This document shows positions 1 through 8,581 of a stretch of DNA of 32,000 bases, piece by piece (the stretch's first letter is position 1; every line of letters starts with the position of its first letter). The stretch is from Archaeoglobus fulgidus DSM 4304 (GTDB lineage Archaea > Halobacteriota > Archaeoglobi > Archaeoglobales > Archaeoglobaceae): assembly GCF_000008665.1 (NCBI RefSeq), contig NC_000917.1, positions 2,130,001 to 2,162,000 of the forward strand. The letters run 5' to 3'. The notes below the pieces were generated by a model that was not told the DNA's origin, searched no databases, and was given only the letters and a program-made list of their open reading frames with translations. A program made the translations under genes and the position numbers.

Positions 1-186
1 TTCGTTGGAGGAGTGCTATTGATGGGCCTCGCCATTCCGATAATGCTCATATTCGGCTACGAGGTAAAAAGACCGGGAGTAACGGCGGTGACAGTGATAT
101 CGGCAATATTCGTCCTGGTTGGCGGAGCTTTGCTGAGGTACGTCGTTCTTGAGGCGGGAATACTGCAGATTCCCTGCTGCATCTAA
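1..186 (+). CDS. C-terminal fragment of NrfD/polysulfide reductase-like membrane subunit (5' end outside window)
   Basis: Frame 1 is open from base 1 to TAA at 184-186 and reads FVGGVLLMGLAIPIMLIFGYEVKRPGVTAVTVISAIFVLVGGALLRYVVLEAGI..., resembling the last transmembrane helices of NrfD/PsrC family subunits. Confidence 0.6.
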   Translation, partial: FVGGVLLMGLAIPIMLIFGYEVKRPGVTAVTVISAIFVLVGGALLRYVVLEAGILQIPCCI

Positions 187-228
187 TTTCAAAAATTTTT
201 AATTTTTTATGGCAGTTTTTACGAGGAT

Positions 229-663
229 ATGACGAAAGGACATGCAATTGGACATGCCATATTCGCAACCCTCTACGTGATACAGGTAGCGGTTTCTGTT
301 GTCTTTTTCAACTCTGCGGGTTTATGGTGGTTGGTTTATGCGGGTTGCATCACCTTTGCGTTTGGTCTAATCCTCCTTCTCTGGGCGAGCAGGGCACGAA
401 GGAGGGGAGGGTTCGTTACTTCCGGTCCCTACGCTTTGGTCCGCCATCCTGAGTTTCTTGGGCACATTCTCGTGATCGTCTCACTTATACTTTTAGCCCA
501 GCATGCAATGAGCCTGATAACAGGTGCAGTTCTGATTACTCTGCTGTACTTCGCGATGATTGAAGAGGAAAGAAGGAACGTGGAAAAGTTTGGAGACGCC
601 TATTTGGAATACATGAAAAGAGTTCCGAGGGTGAATTTGTTGAAAGGGCTTAGAAAGTTTTGA
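229..663 (+). CDS. Isoprenylcysteine carboxyl methyltransferase (ICMT)-like integral membrane methyltransferase
   Basis: 144 aa membrane protein with GPYALVRHPEFLGHIL...EERRNVEKFGDAYLEYMKRVPR, typical of the ICMT/PEMT-like family. Confidence 0.8.
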   Translation: MTKGHAIGHAIFATLYVIQVAVSVVFFNSAGLWWLVYAGCITFAFGLILLLWASRARRRGGFVTSGPYALVRHPEFLGHILVIVSLILLAQHAMSLITGAVLITLLYFAMIEEERRNVEKFGDAYLEYMKRVPRVNLLKGLRKF

Positions 664-696
664 GGAAGTTTTTATGTAACCGAAACGAATTGGCTT

Positions 697-1851
697 ATGG
701 ATGAAGCTCTAAGAGCGGGAAAAATCTCAGCTTTTGCCAATGTCGTTTTAACCGCCCTCAAGGTAGCGGCGGGAATTTTCGCGAATTCAACGGCTCTCAT
801 TGCTGATGGTGTCCACTCCTTGGTCGACGTTCTCGGCTCGGTCCTCGTCTGGCTGGGGATAAAGGTTGCTGAAAGGCCTGCTGATGCAAGCCACCCATAC
901 GGGCACTTCAAGGCTGAAAGCCTTGCTGAGATGGCGGTTGGGCTGATAATAATCCTTTCATCCCTCCTCATTATGCATGAAGCCATTTCGAGCGTCATCA
1001 ACGCTTCCGTGCCCACCTTCGAGCTTTACGCCGTAGCAGTAGCCATGCTTTCAGCCGTTGCAAATGAGCTCCTCGCGAGGTACAAGATAAGGGTCGGTTT
1101 GAAAACACGCTCGACATCTCTCATTGCGGAGGGAAAGCACTCCAGAGTTGACGTGCTCTCCTCATTAGCTGTTGTTGTCGGCTTCTTTTTCGTCTACTTC
1201 GGCTACTGGTGGGCCGATAGCGTCGTGGCGATAGCAATATCCGTTGTGATTTTGCAGATTGGCGGTTCGGTGCTGAAGAACTCCATAGACGTTCTCATGG
1301 ACAGGGTTGATGAGGAATTGGCGCTGAAAGTTAGGTCTGTAATTGAAAAGATTGATGGAGTGAAGTCCGTGGACTTCATAGGGACAAGGGGAACGATGAA
1401 GAGCAGGGTGGTTGAGGTTCACCTCACCGTCGATGCCGGAATGGATGCCGAGACCATCGCTGCACTGCAGAGGGAAATTTCAGAGGAAATAAAAGAGAGA
1501 ATTCCGGGTGTTGTTAACGTAGTTACTGTCGTAAACGTAACAAAGCCGAAGGTTCTCGCAATTCCGGTTGACTTGTATGGACACTACACGGGCGAACTCG
1601 ACTCCCCGAGGTTCGTCGTGGTGAACCTTGAGAGCGGGGAGAGAATGGTTGTGGAAAATGAGCACTACAGGGCTGAGAAGAGGAAGGGGTACCTGATTTC
1701 CGAGCTACTTGAGAAGCACGGGGTGAGCATGGTTGCCGTGAGAAAGGATGGAGAGGGGGCGAAAGCTCACCTCAAGAGCAGAGGCATACTGGTGAAAGTC
1801 ATTGACTCTGGGTTGAGGGATGTTGAGGATGTTTTGATGGCAGTTTCGTAA
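697..1851 (+). CDS. Cation diffusion facilitator (CDF) family transporter
   Basis: 384 aa; [19 protein letters not shown] and [14 protein letters not shown] motifs, six-TM layout, cytoplasmic C-terminal domain. Confidence 0.92.
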   Translation: MDEALRAGKISAFANVVLTALKVAAGIFANSTALIADGVHSLVDVLGSVLVWLGIKVAERPADASHPYGHFKAESLAEMAVGLIIILSSLLIMHEAISSVINASVPTFELYAVAVAMLSAVANELLARYKIRVGLKTRSTSLIAEGKHSRVDVLSSLAVVVGFFFVYFGYWWADSVVAIAISVVILQIGGSVLKNSIDVLMDRVDEELALKVRSVIEKIDGVKSVDFIGTRGTMKSRVVEVHLTVDAGMDAETIAALQREISEEIKERIPGVVNVVTVVNVTKPKVLAIPVDLYGHYTGELDSPRFVVVNLESGERMVVENEHYRAEKRKGYLISELLEKHGVSMVAVRKDGEGAKAHLKSRGILVKVIDSGLRDVEDVLMAVS

Positions 1852-3630
1852 ACAACATTTCTCGTAGCAGTTTAGACTCCAATCTGAAAAGCCACGAAAG
1901 GTTTAACTGGAACAATGCTAAGAAAATGACCATGCCAGGACTTGAGTCCTTGCTGAGGGAGGAGCGAGTTTTCTACCCTCCCAAAGAGCTCGCCGAAAAC
2001 TCGAACATCAAGCAGTTTATGGACAAGCACGGCATAAAGGATGAGGATGAGCTGAGAAAAAGGGCTTTGGAGAACCCGGAGTGGTTCTGGAGTGAGATGG
2101 CGAAGGAAGTTGGAATCGAGTGGTTTTCCGAGCCCGAAAAAGTTCTTGAGTGGGACCCTCCCTACGCCAAGTGGTTTGTGGGGGCGATGTACAACATAGT
2201 CCACGATGCCCTTGACAAGCAGGCTGAGCTGAGGAAGAACAAGGTTGCTTACATATGGGAGGGAGAGAACGGGGATGTGAGGAAGATAACCTACGGCGAG
2301 CTTTACAGGGAGGTTAACAAGCTCGCAAACGCCCTCAAGGAGTTAGGAGTTAAGAAGGGCGACAGGGTTGCGATTTACCTCCCCATGATTCCTGAACTGC
2401 CAATAGCGATGCTTGCATGTGCGAAAATCGGGGCGATTCACACCGACGTTTTCTCCGGCTTCAGCCCTATGGCGCTGAGAGATAGAATCAACGATGCTGA
2501 AGCGAAGCTTCTGATTACAGCCGACGGTTTTTACCGCAGGGGAAGTGTTATTCACCTCAAGGAGGATGCGGACAAGGCTTTGGAGGATGCGCCCAGTGTG
2601 GAGAAGGTCATCGTTGCGAGGAGAATTGGCTTGGACGTGCCGATGAAGGAGGGCAGGGACTACTGGTGGGATGATGTAACAAGAAATCAGCCAAAGGAGT
2701 GCGAGACGGAGGTAATGGATGCGAACGACATTCTGTTCATCCTCTACACCTCTGGCACAACTGGCAAGCCCAAAGGTGTGATGCACGCCCACGGCGGCTA
2801 TGCTGTTGGAACGGCAGCAACCCTTAAGTTCGTTTTGGATTTGAAGGAAAACGACGTTTACTGGTGCACGGCGGATATAGGATGGATAACGGGGACAGCT
2901 ACATAGTCTACGCCCCCCTGATTCTCGGTGCGACATCGGTGATTTACTGCGGCGTCCCTGACTATCCGAAGCCGGACAGGTGGTGGGAAATCATCGAGAA
3001 GTACGGCGTCACGGTATTCTACACTGCACCAACAGCCATAAGGATGTTCATGCGCCTCGGCGAGGAGTGGGTGGAGAAGCACGATTTAAGCAGCCTGCGT
3101 ATCCTCGGAAGTGTGGGAGAGCCAATAAACCCTGAAGCTTGGTACTGGTACTACAAGCACATCGGCAAGGAGAGATGCCCGATAATGGACACGTGGTGGC
3201 AGACCGAGACGGGTCACTTCATTGTCACCCCACTCCCTGTTACTCCTCTGAAGCCCGGCTCAGCGACAAAGCCGTTTCCAGGAATAGAAGCGGACGTTTT
3301 CGATGATAGCGGAAACTCCCTCTACGGCAAGAACGTTGGAGGCTACCTTGTCATAAAGAAGCCGTGGCCGGGGATGCTGCGGGGTGTGTGGAGAAACCCG
3401 GAGAGGTACTTCAAGACTTACTGGGAGAAGTTCAAGGATGTTTACCTTACTGGCGATGCTGCAAGGGTTGATGAGGACGGCTACTTCTGGATTCAGGGAA
3501 GGCTGGATGATGTTTTGAATGTGGCAGGGCACAGAATAGGCAACAGCGAGGTTGAGTCTGCCTTAGTCAGTCATCCTGCCGTCAGCGAGGCTGCTGTTGT
3601 TGGAAAGCCGCATGAGGTTAAGGGAGAGGC

Positions 3631-3637
3631 TATAGTT
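3631..3637. repeat. Left copy of IS target site duplication (TATAGTT)
   Basis: Identical 7-mer at 4885-4891. Removing the IS plus one copy restores the acs reading frame ([25 protein letters not shown]). Confidence 0.9.
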
Positions 3638-3653
3638 TAGGGCCCTTACCAAA

Positions 3654-4172
3654 TCACATCTCCGCCAACCTCTGCAACACCTTCTTCTCCCTAAATCCCA
3701 GAGCAACAACCACGCCAACCAAAAGGACATTCAGAGTTGCAAATTTAAACACAGATCTCCTCGTATAACGATGCAATCTCCTCAAACCAAATGATTTAGC
3801 GAGTTTAAACACATCCTCTATGACAGATCTAACCCCCTTAAAAGTCTCCCATCTTTGCAACAAATTCAACAGCTTAGCCTTTAAAGCCTTAAACCTCCTC
3901 TTCTCCTCATCCAAATTCTTTGAGCTGAAAATACTCAGAGGATAGCTGAGCATTCCACTCAATCTCTGAATATTGAAGTTGGAACGAGGGAAAATCAAGG
4001 GAACAACCCTGTACTCGTTTATCCCCGATAAATAATTCCTGTAGGCGTAAAATCCCTTATCCATAATCACAGTATCTCCCATCCTTGCAATTCTCCTTCT
4101 CCTGAGTTCATTCATAATTTGATCGAAGATCTTAGCCTCATGCCTGTTTGCAGGATGCAGCAAAAAGAGCAA
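3654..4172 (-). CDS. Transposase, C-terminal ORF in another frame
   Basis: HPANRHEAKIFD...VIMDKGFYAYRNY...VRSVIEDVFKLAKSFGLRRLHRYTRRSVFKFATLNVLLV is typical of DDE_Tnp_1. The ORF reads on naturally from 4138-4704 after a 1-nt shift. Confidence 0.8.
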   Translation of the reverse strand: MLFLLHPANRHEAKIFDQIMNELRRRRIARMGDTVIMDKGFYAYRNYLSGINEYRVVPLIFPRSNFNIQRLSGMLSYPLSIFSSKNLDEEKRRFKALKAKLLNLLQRWETFKGVRSVIEDVFKLAKSFGLRRLHRYTRRSVFKFATLNVLLVGVVVALGFREKKVLQRLAEM

Positions 4173-4704
4173 AGGTTTGAGAGAGGGGGTATTCTAAAAC
4201 CAGAGTCAGCTTAAATCCGACAAACATTCCTTTCGCGGAGTATCCCCACCTGTAATCCTTTCCATGCAAATCTTTCTGCCTAACAGGTTTCCTGAACCAG
4301 TTTATGTCTACACTAATGTCGGTACAATCTACGATTAGCTTAGTGTTTCTCGCCCTCCTCTTGGTTATTGAGTTCAGAACTCTCAAAATCATCGCTATAA
4401 AATTGCTTAATCCGAATCTCGAAAGAAAGGAGTATATGTAGGAAGTTTCTGGTACCTCATCTTCCCTTATTCCAAGAAACTCCCTTAAATCCTGTCTTTG
4501 CCTTAATTCTTCAACAACGTGAGAGATTTTGGTAGAGAAGAACATTGAGGTGAGAACGATTTTCATACAACTGATTGCAGTTTTTATTGGCGAAGTGAAT
4601 TTTGCTATGATCTTCCTCGTCTTTCTCATTTCGAAAATCTTAAGTATTTTCCCAAGTAATTGCCATCTGTAGTCGTTTGGGTCGACTGCAAGCGGGATCT
4701 GCAT
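4138..4704 (-). CDS. Transposase, N-terminal ORF (IS4/IS5-like DDE family)
   Basis: 188 aa; KLIVDCTDISV contains the first catalytic Asp region, followed by KDYRWGYSAKGMFVGFKLTLV. Confidence 0.8.
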   Translation of the reverse strand: MQIPLAVDPNDYRWQLLGKILKIFEMRKTRKIIAKFTSPIKTAISCMKIVLTSMFFSTKISHVVEELRQRQDLREFLGIREDEVPETSYIYSFLSRFGLSNFIAMILRVLNSITKRRARNTKLIVDCTDISVDINWFRKPVRQKDLHGKDYRWGYSAKGMFVGFKLTLVLEYPLSQTFALFAASCKQA

Positions 4705-4884
4705 TGTTTCACCCAGAGGAGGCTTACGCCTCCTCCTACATAACTTTTGCGGTTTTTGATTGGTTTATTTCGGCTGGAGAAGGATTACTGGATGTCTCTT
4801 TTGATGGGAGGGTTGGATTGTTTGTAGTTTGGTGATTAAGGGAGTTAGAGGGGAGATTAGGATTAAGCTTGAGTAAGCACCTTA

Positions 4885-4891
4885 TATAGTT
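4885..4891. repeat. Right copy of IS target site duplication (TATAGTT)
   Basis: Matches 3631-3637. Confidence 0.9.
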
Positions 4892-5188
4892 GCCTTCGTC
4901 ATCCTCAGGAAGGGATACCAGCCGTCGGACGAGCTGAAGGAGGAGCTGAGAGAGCATGTGGCGAAAATGCTCGGAAAAATTGCTCGTCCGGATGAGATAT
5001 ACTTCGTGCCGGATCTGCCAAAAACGAGGAGCGGTAAGATCATGAGGAGACTCGTTAAGGCCAAGCTCACGAAAGCAAAGATAGGCGACACTTCGACGCT
5101 TATGAATCCAGAGGCTCTGGTTTACGTTGAGCAGGCCATTGAGGGGAGCAAGTAAGTCTTTTAGTTCTTATTTTTTCGCTTAAAACTT

Positions 5189-5202
5189 TTAGGTTAACCG
5201 AA
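5189..5202. promoter_or_regulatory. Operator-like near-palindrome TTAGGTTAACCGAA upstream of the DUF5320-like pair
   Basis: Differs at one position from the perfect palindrome TTAGGTTAACCTAA at 8384-8397. Preceded by a TATA-like CTTAAAAC and about 50 bp upstream of the ATG at 5251. Confidence 0.6.
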
Positions 5203-5250
5203 AATTTTTTAAGTCAACTTTGTGGCTACTAATTTTTGGAGGTGAGAAAA

Positions 5251-5451
5251 ATGCCTGGCGGAGACAGAACCGGACCCTGGGGTCAGGGGCCGAGAACTGG
5301 CAGAAGAGCAGGATTCTGCTCCGGCTACAGAATGCCGGGATTCATGAACCGCTCCGTCTGGCCACCTTTCGGTGGAAGATGGTTCAGATGGTTCGGCAGG
5401 AGATTCTGGGGCAGGAGAGCCGGTAGAGCTGGTAGAGGGAGGTGGTGGTGA
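5251..5451 (+). CDS. DUF5320-like Gly/Arg/Trp-rich small protein (N-terminal type)
   Basis: GGAGGTGA ribosome binding site before ATG at 5251; [33 protein letters not shown] matches the M-P-x-G-D-x-T-G-P-x-G signature of this family. Confidence 0.75.
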
Positions 5452-5711
5452 TGCCCTGGTGGATGCCCGGCTGGGGTGGCAGAGGCTGGAGGTGGTGGTA
5501 TAGAGCCACTGGACTACCGGGATGGATGAGATGCAGATGGTGGGGATACCGGGACCACCCTTGGGACTACCCACCATATCCACCCTATCCACCAGCTCTC
5601 CGTCCTGAGGATGAGCTTGAAATGCTCGAAGCTATGAAGGAGGACCTTGAGGCAGAGCTTGAGGACATCAAAAAGAGGATTGAAGAGTTGAAGAGGGAGC
5701 TTGGGAAGTAA
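5451..5711 (+). CDS. DUF5320-like small protein, C-terminal type (aromatic/Gly-rich then coiled coil)
   Basis: ATG overlaps the preceding stop (TGATG); [16 protein letters not shown]...[46 protein letters not shown]. Confidence 0.7.
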
Positions 5712-5712
5712 T

Positions 5713-6015
5713 TTATTTTCTTGCTTTTTTAACCAAGTACGGAACTGTAACTAATCCGAAGATTCCGTAACTGAAGCTTCCTGAGGCCATATAAACAAGA
5801 ATCATCAGAACCGAGAAGGCTGCAGCAAGCAGAGAGGCAACGAAAAGATACGAGTCCCTTCTCACAACGACACCCTTTGCAAAGGTTGCAGTAATCGTTC
5901 CGAGCACAAAGGCGTTCATCAGCGTCCCTTCCCCTCCAAAGATATTCAGGGCTGAAAGAACCTCAAGGATTGTCAGGAGGGAGAAAAAGGCAGTAAAGGC
6001 AAAGGCTACAACCAA
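5713..6015 (-). CDS. Small hypothetical membrane protein at the 3' end of the feo operon
   Basis: Reads LVVAFAFTAFFSLLTILEVLSALNIFGG...; several hydrophobic helices; overlaps the feoB 3' end. Start codon (TTG at 6015) is uncertain. Confidence 0.5.
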   Translation of the reverse strand: MVVAFAFTAFFSLLTILEVLSALNIFGGEGTLMNAFVLGTITATFAKGVVVRRDSYLFVASLLAAAFSVLMILVYMASGSFSYGIFGLVTVPYLVKKARK

Positions 6016-7709
6016 AGTCCCACCCCCGTTGCGATTAAGGCAATGACGTAGGCAACCGAGAAGCTGAAGATGACCGCAAATGCAGCCCATTTTGCCCCGA
6101 TTTCAGCCCTTATTGCCGCTATTGTAGCAACGCACGGCATGTAGAGGAGGGTGAAGAGCATGTACGCAAACGCTTGGTGGGGTGTCATTATGCTCCGAAT
6201 GTCGATGTTCAGCACGCCAATTGTTGCCACAACAACCTCCTTTGCCACGAATCCAGATATAAGCGCCAGAACCAGCTCCCAGCTCCAGCCCATTGGAGAA
6301 AAGATGGGCTGAATCGCTTTGCCGAGCATCGCCGCATAGCTCTCCTCTATGCTCCCTCCCGGATAGGTGGTGATGTACCACACAACAACCGACATCGCCA
6401 GAATCACAGTCCCCGCCTTCTGAATGAAGTGCTTCGTCCTGCTCCACGTCATGATCCACAGCTCCTTAAGGTTAGGAAGCATGTAAGGGGGGAGCTCCAT
6501 TATGAACTCGCTCTCACCCTTCAGCAGAGTTTTTCTCAGAATTAAGGCCGATATCAGGGCTATCAGAACACCTATCAGGTACATCGACATTATCACAACA
6601 CTACCCATCTTCGGGAAGAATACCCCGGCGAAGAGCACGTAAATCGGAAGTCTTGCCGAGCAGGACATGAATGGATTTATTAGAGCTGTCGCAATTCTGA
6701 CCTTTCTGTCCTCTATGCTTCTCGTGGCAAGAATTGCCGGAACGTTGCAGCCGAAGCCCATTATCAGCGGTATTACAGCCCTACCATTCAGCCCGAATCT
6801 TGACATGAACCCGTCAACCAGAAAAACGGCTCTCGGCATGTATCCACTCAGCTCAAGCATGGACAGAAACAGAAAGAGAAAGGCGATGTTCGGAACGAAG
6901 GAAAGAACACTCCCAACTCCGGCAACAACGCCGTTACCGAGCATAGAGAAAAACCAGCCGTCGAAGCTGGCAATGTAAGACGCCATAGCATCGAATGTAA
7001 TGCTGAGAAGGTCGTTGAGCGGCTGAGCAACGGAGTAGGTGAAAACGAACATCATCCACATGAAGGAGAGGAATATGGGAATCCCGAGATGCTTATCCAT
7101 GAAGACTTCATCAAAGGCTTCCTCAATTTCCGATTTTTCTGGCTTTTCAGCTACCGTTACCTCCCTTGCAATTTTCTCCGTCGTCCTGATTATATCCTCA
7201 AGGTTTCCTCGAAAAGCCCTTGGAACTCTACCCCCTTTGAGGATTTCCCTTTTTAGCTCCTCTATTCCCACACCTCTTACAGCAGAGGTTTTTACCACCG
7301 GTACACCCAGAATTTCGCTTAGCCTTTCAGCATCAATTCTTATGCCTTCTTTCTCAGCCTCGTCAATCATGTTGAGAACGACAATCATTGGAATGCCGAA
7401 CTCCGTTAGCTGAAGAGTGAGGTAGAGGTTCCTCTCAAGGTTCAGGGCGTTTACAACATTGAGAATGAGGTCGGGCTTCTCGTTTTTCAGGTAATCCCTT
7501 GCAACCTTCTCGTCAAGGCTCTCCGTCTGAAAGCTGTAGATTCCGGGTAAATCCACGAAAGTTACCGTTTTCCCACCTATCACACCTTTCCCTTCCTTTT
7601 TTTCCACCGTCACTCCCGGAAAGTTCCCGACCGAGAAGTCCCCACCGGTCAGAGCATTCAGCAAGCTCGTTTTACCGACGTTGGGATTTCCCACCATTGC
7701 AATCTTCAA
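6006..7709 (-). CDS. feoB: Ferrous iron transport protein B
   Basis: 567 aa; G1 GNPNVGKTS, G3 DLPGIY, gate motifs IPLIMGFGCNVPAI and NPFMSCSARLPIY. Probable TTG start. Confidence 0.97.
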   Translation of the reverse strand: MKIAMVGNPNVGKTSLLNALTGGDFSVGNFPGVTVEKKEGKGVIGGKTVTFVDLPGIYSFQTESLDEKVARDYLKNEKPDLILNVVNALNLERNLYLTLQLTEFGIPMIVVLNMIDEAEKEGIRIDAERLSEILGVPVVKTSAVRGVGIEELKREILKGGRVPRAFRGNLEDIIRTTEKIAREVTVAEKPEKSEIEEAFDEVFMDKHLGIPIFLSFMWMMFVFTYSVAQPLNDLLSITFDAMASYIASFDGWFFSMLGNGVVAGVGSVLSFVPNIAFLFLFLSMLELSGYMPRAVFLVDGFMSRFGLNGRAVIPLIMGFGCNVPAILATRSIEDRKVRIATALINPFMSCSARLPIYVLFAGVFFPKMGSVVIMSMYLIGVLIALISALILRKTLLKGESEFIMELPPYMLPNLKELWIMTWSRTKHFIQKAGTVILAMSVVVWYITTYPGGSIEESYAAMLGKAIQPIFSPMGWSWELVLALISGFVAKEVVVATIGVLNIDIRSIMTPHQAFAYMLFTLLYMPCVATIAAIRAEIGAKWAAFAVIFSFSVAYVIALIATGVGLWL

Positions 7710-7713
7710 AAAA

Positions 7714-8160
7714 TCACCTCTGCTTGCACGGATGCCTTCCGGTCCTGCAGAACTCCCTAAAATGCTCCAACCATCTCGGATTTACAGCCGGGCTGGATTC
7801 AACAAATCTAACAAAGTTTCTGAGCTGCCTGAGAGTTTCGGGATGCAGGACGTGCTCAATGGTGCACGCATCCCTTTCGGCCACATCTTCTGGAACCCCT
7901 ATCGCCTTGAGGAACTTGATTACAACATTTCTTTTCTCCCTCAGCTTCATCGCTTCCCTGACACCTTTTTCCGTCAGCTTTACGTGAGACCTTTTTTTGT
8001 ATTCCACATATCCCATTCTGGAGAGCTTTTCGAGCATCTCGGAAACGGTTGCGGGCTTGACATTCAGCACTTCGGAGAGCTCCATCACCTTTGCATAACC
8101 CTTCTCTTTGCTCAGACTGTAGATAGCTTCGAGATAGTCCTCAGCCCTGCTCCCCAACAT
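7714..8160 (-). CDS. DtxR/MntR-family metal-dependent transcriptional regulator
   Basis: 148 aa; AEDYLEAIYSL...LSEVLNVKPATVSEMLEKLSRMGYVEYKKRSHVKLTEKG...CTIEHVLHPETLRQLRNFVRF. Confidence 0.93.
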   Translation of the reverse strand: MLGSRAEDYLEAIYSLSKEKGYAKVMELSEVLNVKPATVSEMLEKLSRMGYVEYKKRSHVKLTEKGVREAMKLREKRNVVIKFLKAIGVPEDVAERDACTIEHVLHPETLRQLRNFVRFVESSPAVNPRWLEHFREFCRTGRHPCKQR

Positions 8161-8377
8161 CCACCGCCACCTTCATCGCCAAACCTCTTCCGATGACAAA
8201 TTTGGTTCCGTTAACCGAAACAAGAACAGCCCCACCTCTCCGCCCGGCAATCCTGATTTTCTTGCCCGGAACTATTCCCATGGACATGAGCCTTGCTGTA
8301 CAGCCCCTGCCCCCGTTAATCGCAACAACTCTGCCTTCCTGGCCTTCTCTGAGCGCCGATAGCGGTACCACTGTCAT
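8141..8377 (-). CDS. feoA: Ferrous iron transport protein A
   Basis: 78 aa; MTVVPLSALREGQEGRVVAINGGRGCTARLMSMGIVPGKKIRIAGRRGG...FVIGRGLAMKVAV is FeoA SH3-like domain. Confidence 0.93.
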   Translation of the reverse strand: MTVVPLSALREGQEGRVVAINGGRGCTARLMSMGIVPGKKIRIAGRRGGAVLVSVNGTKFVIGRGLAMKVAVDVGEQG

Positions 8378-8383
8378 CGTCTC

Positions 8384-8397
8384 TTAGGTTAACCTAA
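8384..8397. promoter_or_regulatory. Perfect 14-bp palindrome TTAGGTTAACCTAA, candidate metal-regulator operator for the feo operon
   Basis: 7-20 bp upstream of the feoA ATG, between a TATA-like TTTAATAA and the start codon. Confidence 0.75.
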
Positions 8398-8410
8398 ATG
8401 TTATTAAAGC

Positions 8411-8426
8411 TTTCGGTTGTCCTAAA
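8411..8426. promoter_or_regulatory. Second, degenerate operator-like site TTTCGGTTGTCCTAAA
   Basis: Matches the inverse form of the 5189 site (TTTTCGGTTAACCTAA) except for two central bases; centre is 28 bp from the centre of the 8384 palindrome. Confidence 0.45.
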
Positions 8427-8581
8427 TTAAAGCTCCGGAATGGCAAAAATTGTAATGCTATATAATTTACTTTTGGTAACAAAAAATTGCGAAAAAGTGT
8501 TATCCTCCGAGAAATTCGGAAATAAATCGAAAAGTTCTTAATTACAGGAAAAAAGAGTAGCCAGAAAAGAGGTGATTTGTA

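Larger units (their letters stand above)
3638..4884 (-). mobile_element. Insertion sequence, 1247 bp, with IS4/IS5-like DDE transposase encoded on minus strand
   Basis: Interrupts acs. 7-bp direct repeat TATAGTT at 3631-3637 and 4885-4891. Imperfect terminal inverted repeats TAGGGCCCTTACCAAATC / TAAGGTGCTTACTCAAGC match at 12 of 18 positions. Confidence 0.93.
1926..5155 (+). pseudogene. acs: Acetyl-CoA synthetase (AMP-forming), disrupted: 5' part 1926-2894, frameshift, middle part to 3637, IS insertion 3638-4884, 3' part 4885-5155
   Basis: [30 protein letters not shown]...[39 protein letters not shown] and [13 protein letters not shown] motifs are spread over ORFs 1926-2906, 2864-3640 and 4958-5155. 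Confidence 0.93.

Noticed and set aside
672-1016. 114-aa minus-strand ORF opposite the CDF transporter
   Set aside because: Overlaps a conserved transporter start; no independent support.
4736-4957. 73-aa minus-strand ORF spanning the right IS end
   Set aside because: Crosses the IS/acs junction, so it is a chance product of the insertion.
8198-8216. CCGTTAACCGAAAC inside feoA as a third operator
   Set aside because: Only a half match to the palindrome and inside the coding sequence; not strong enough to claim.
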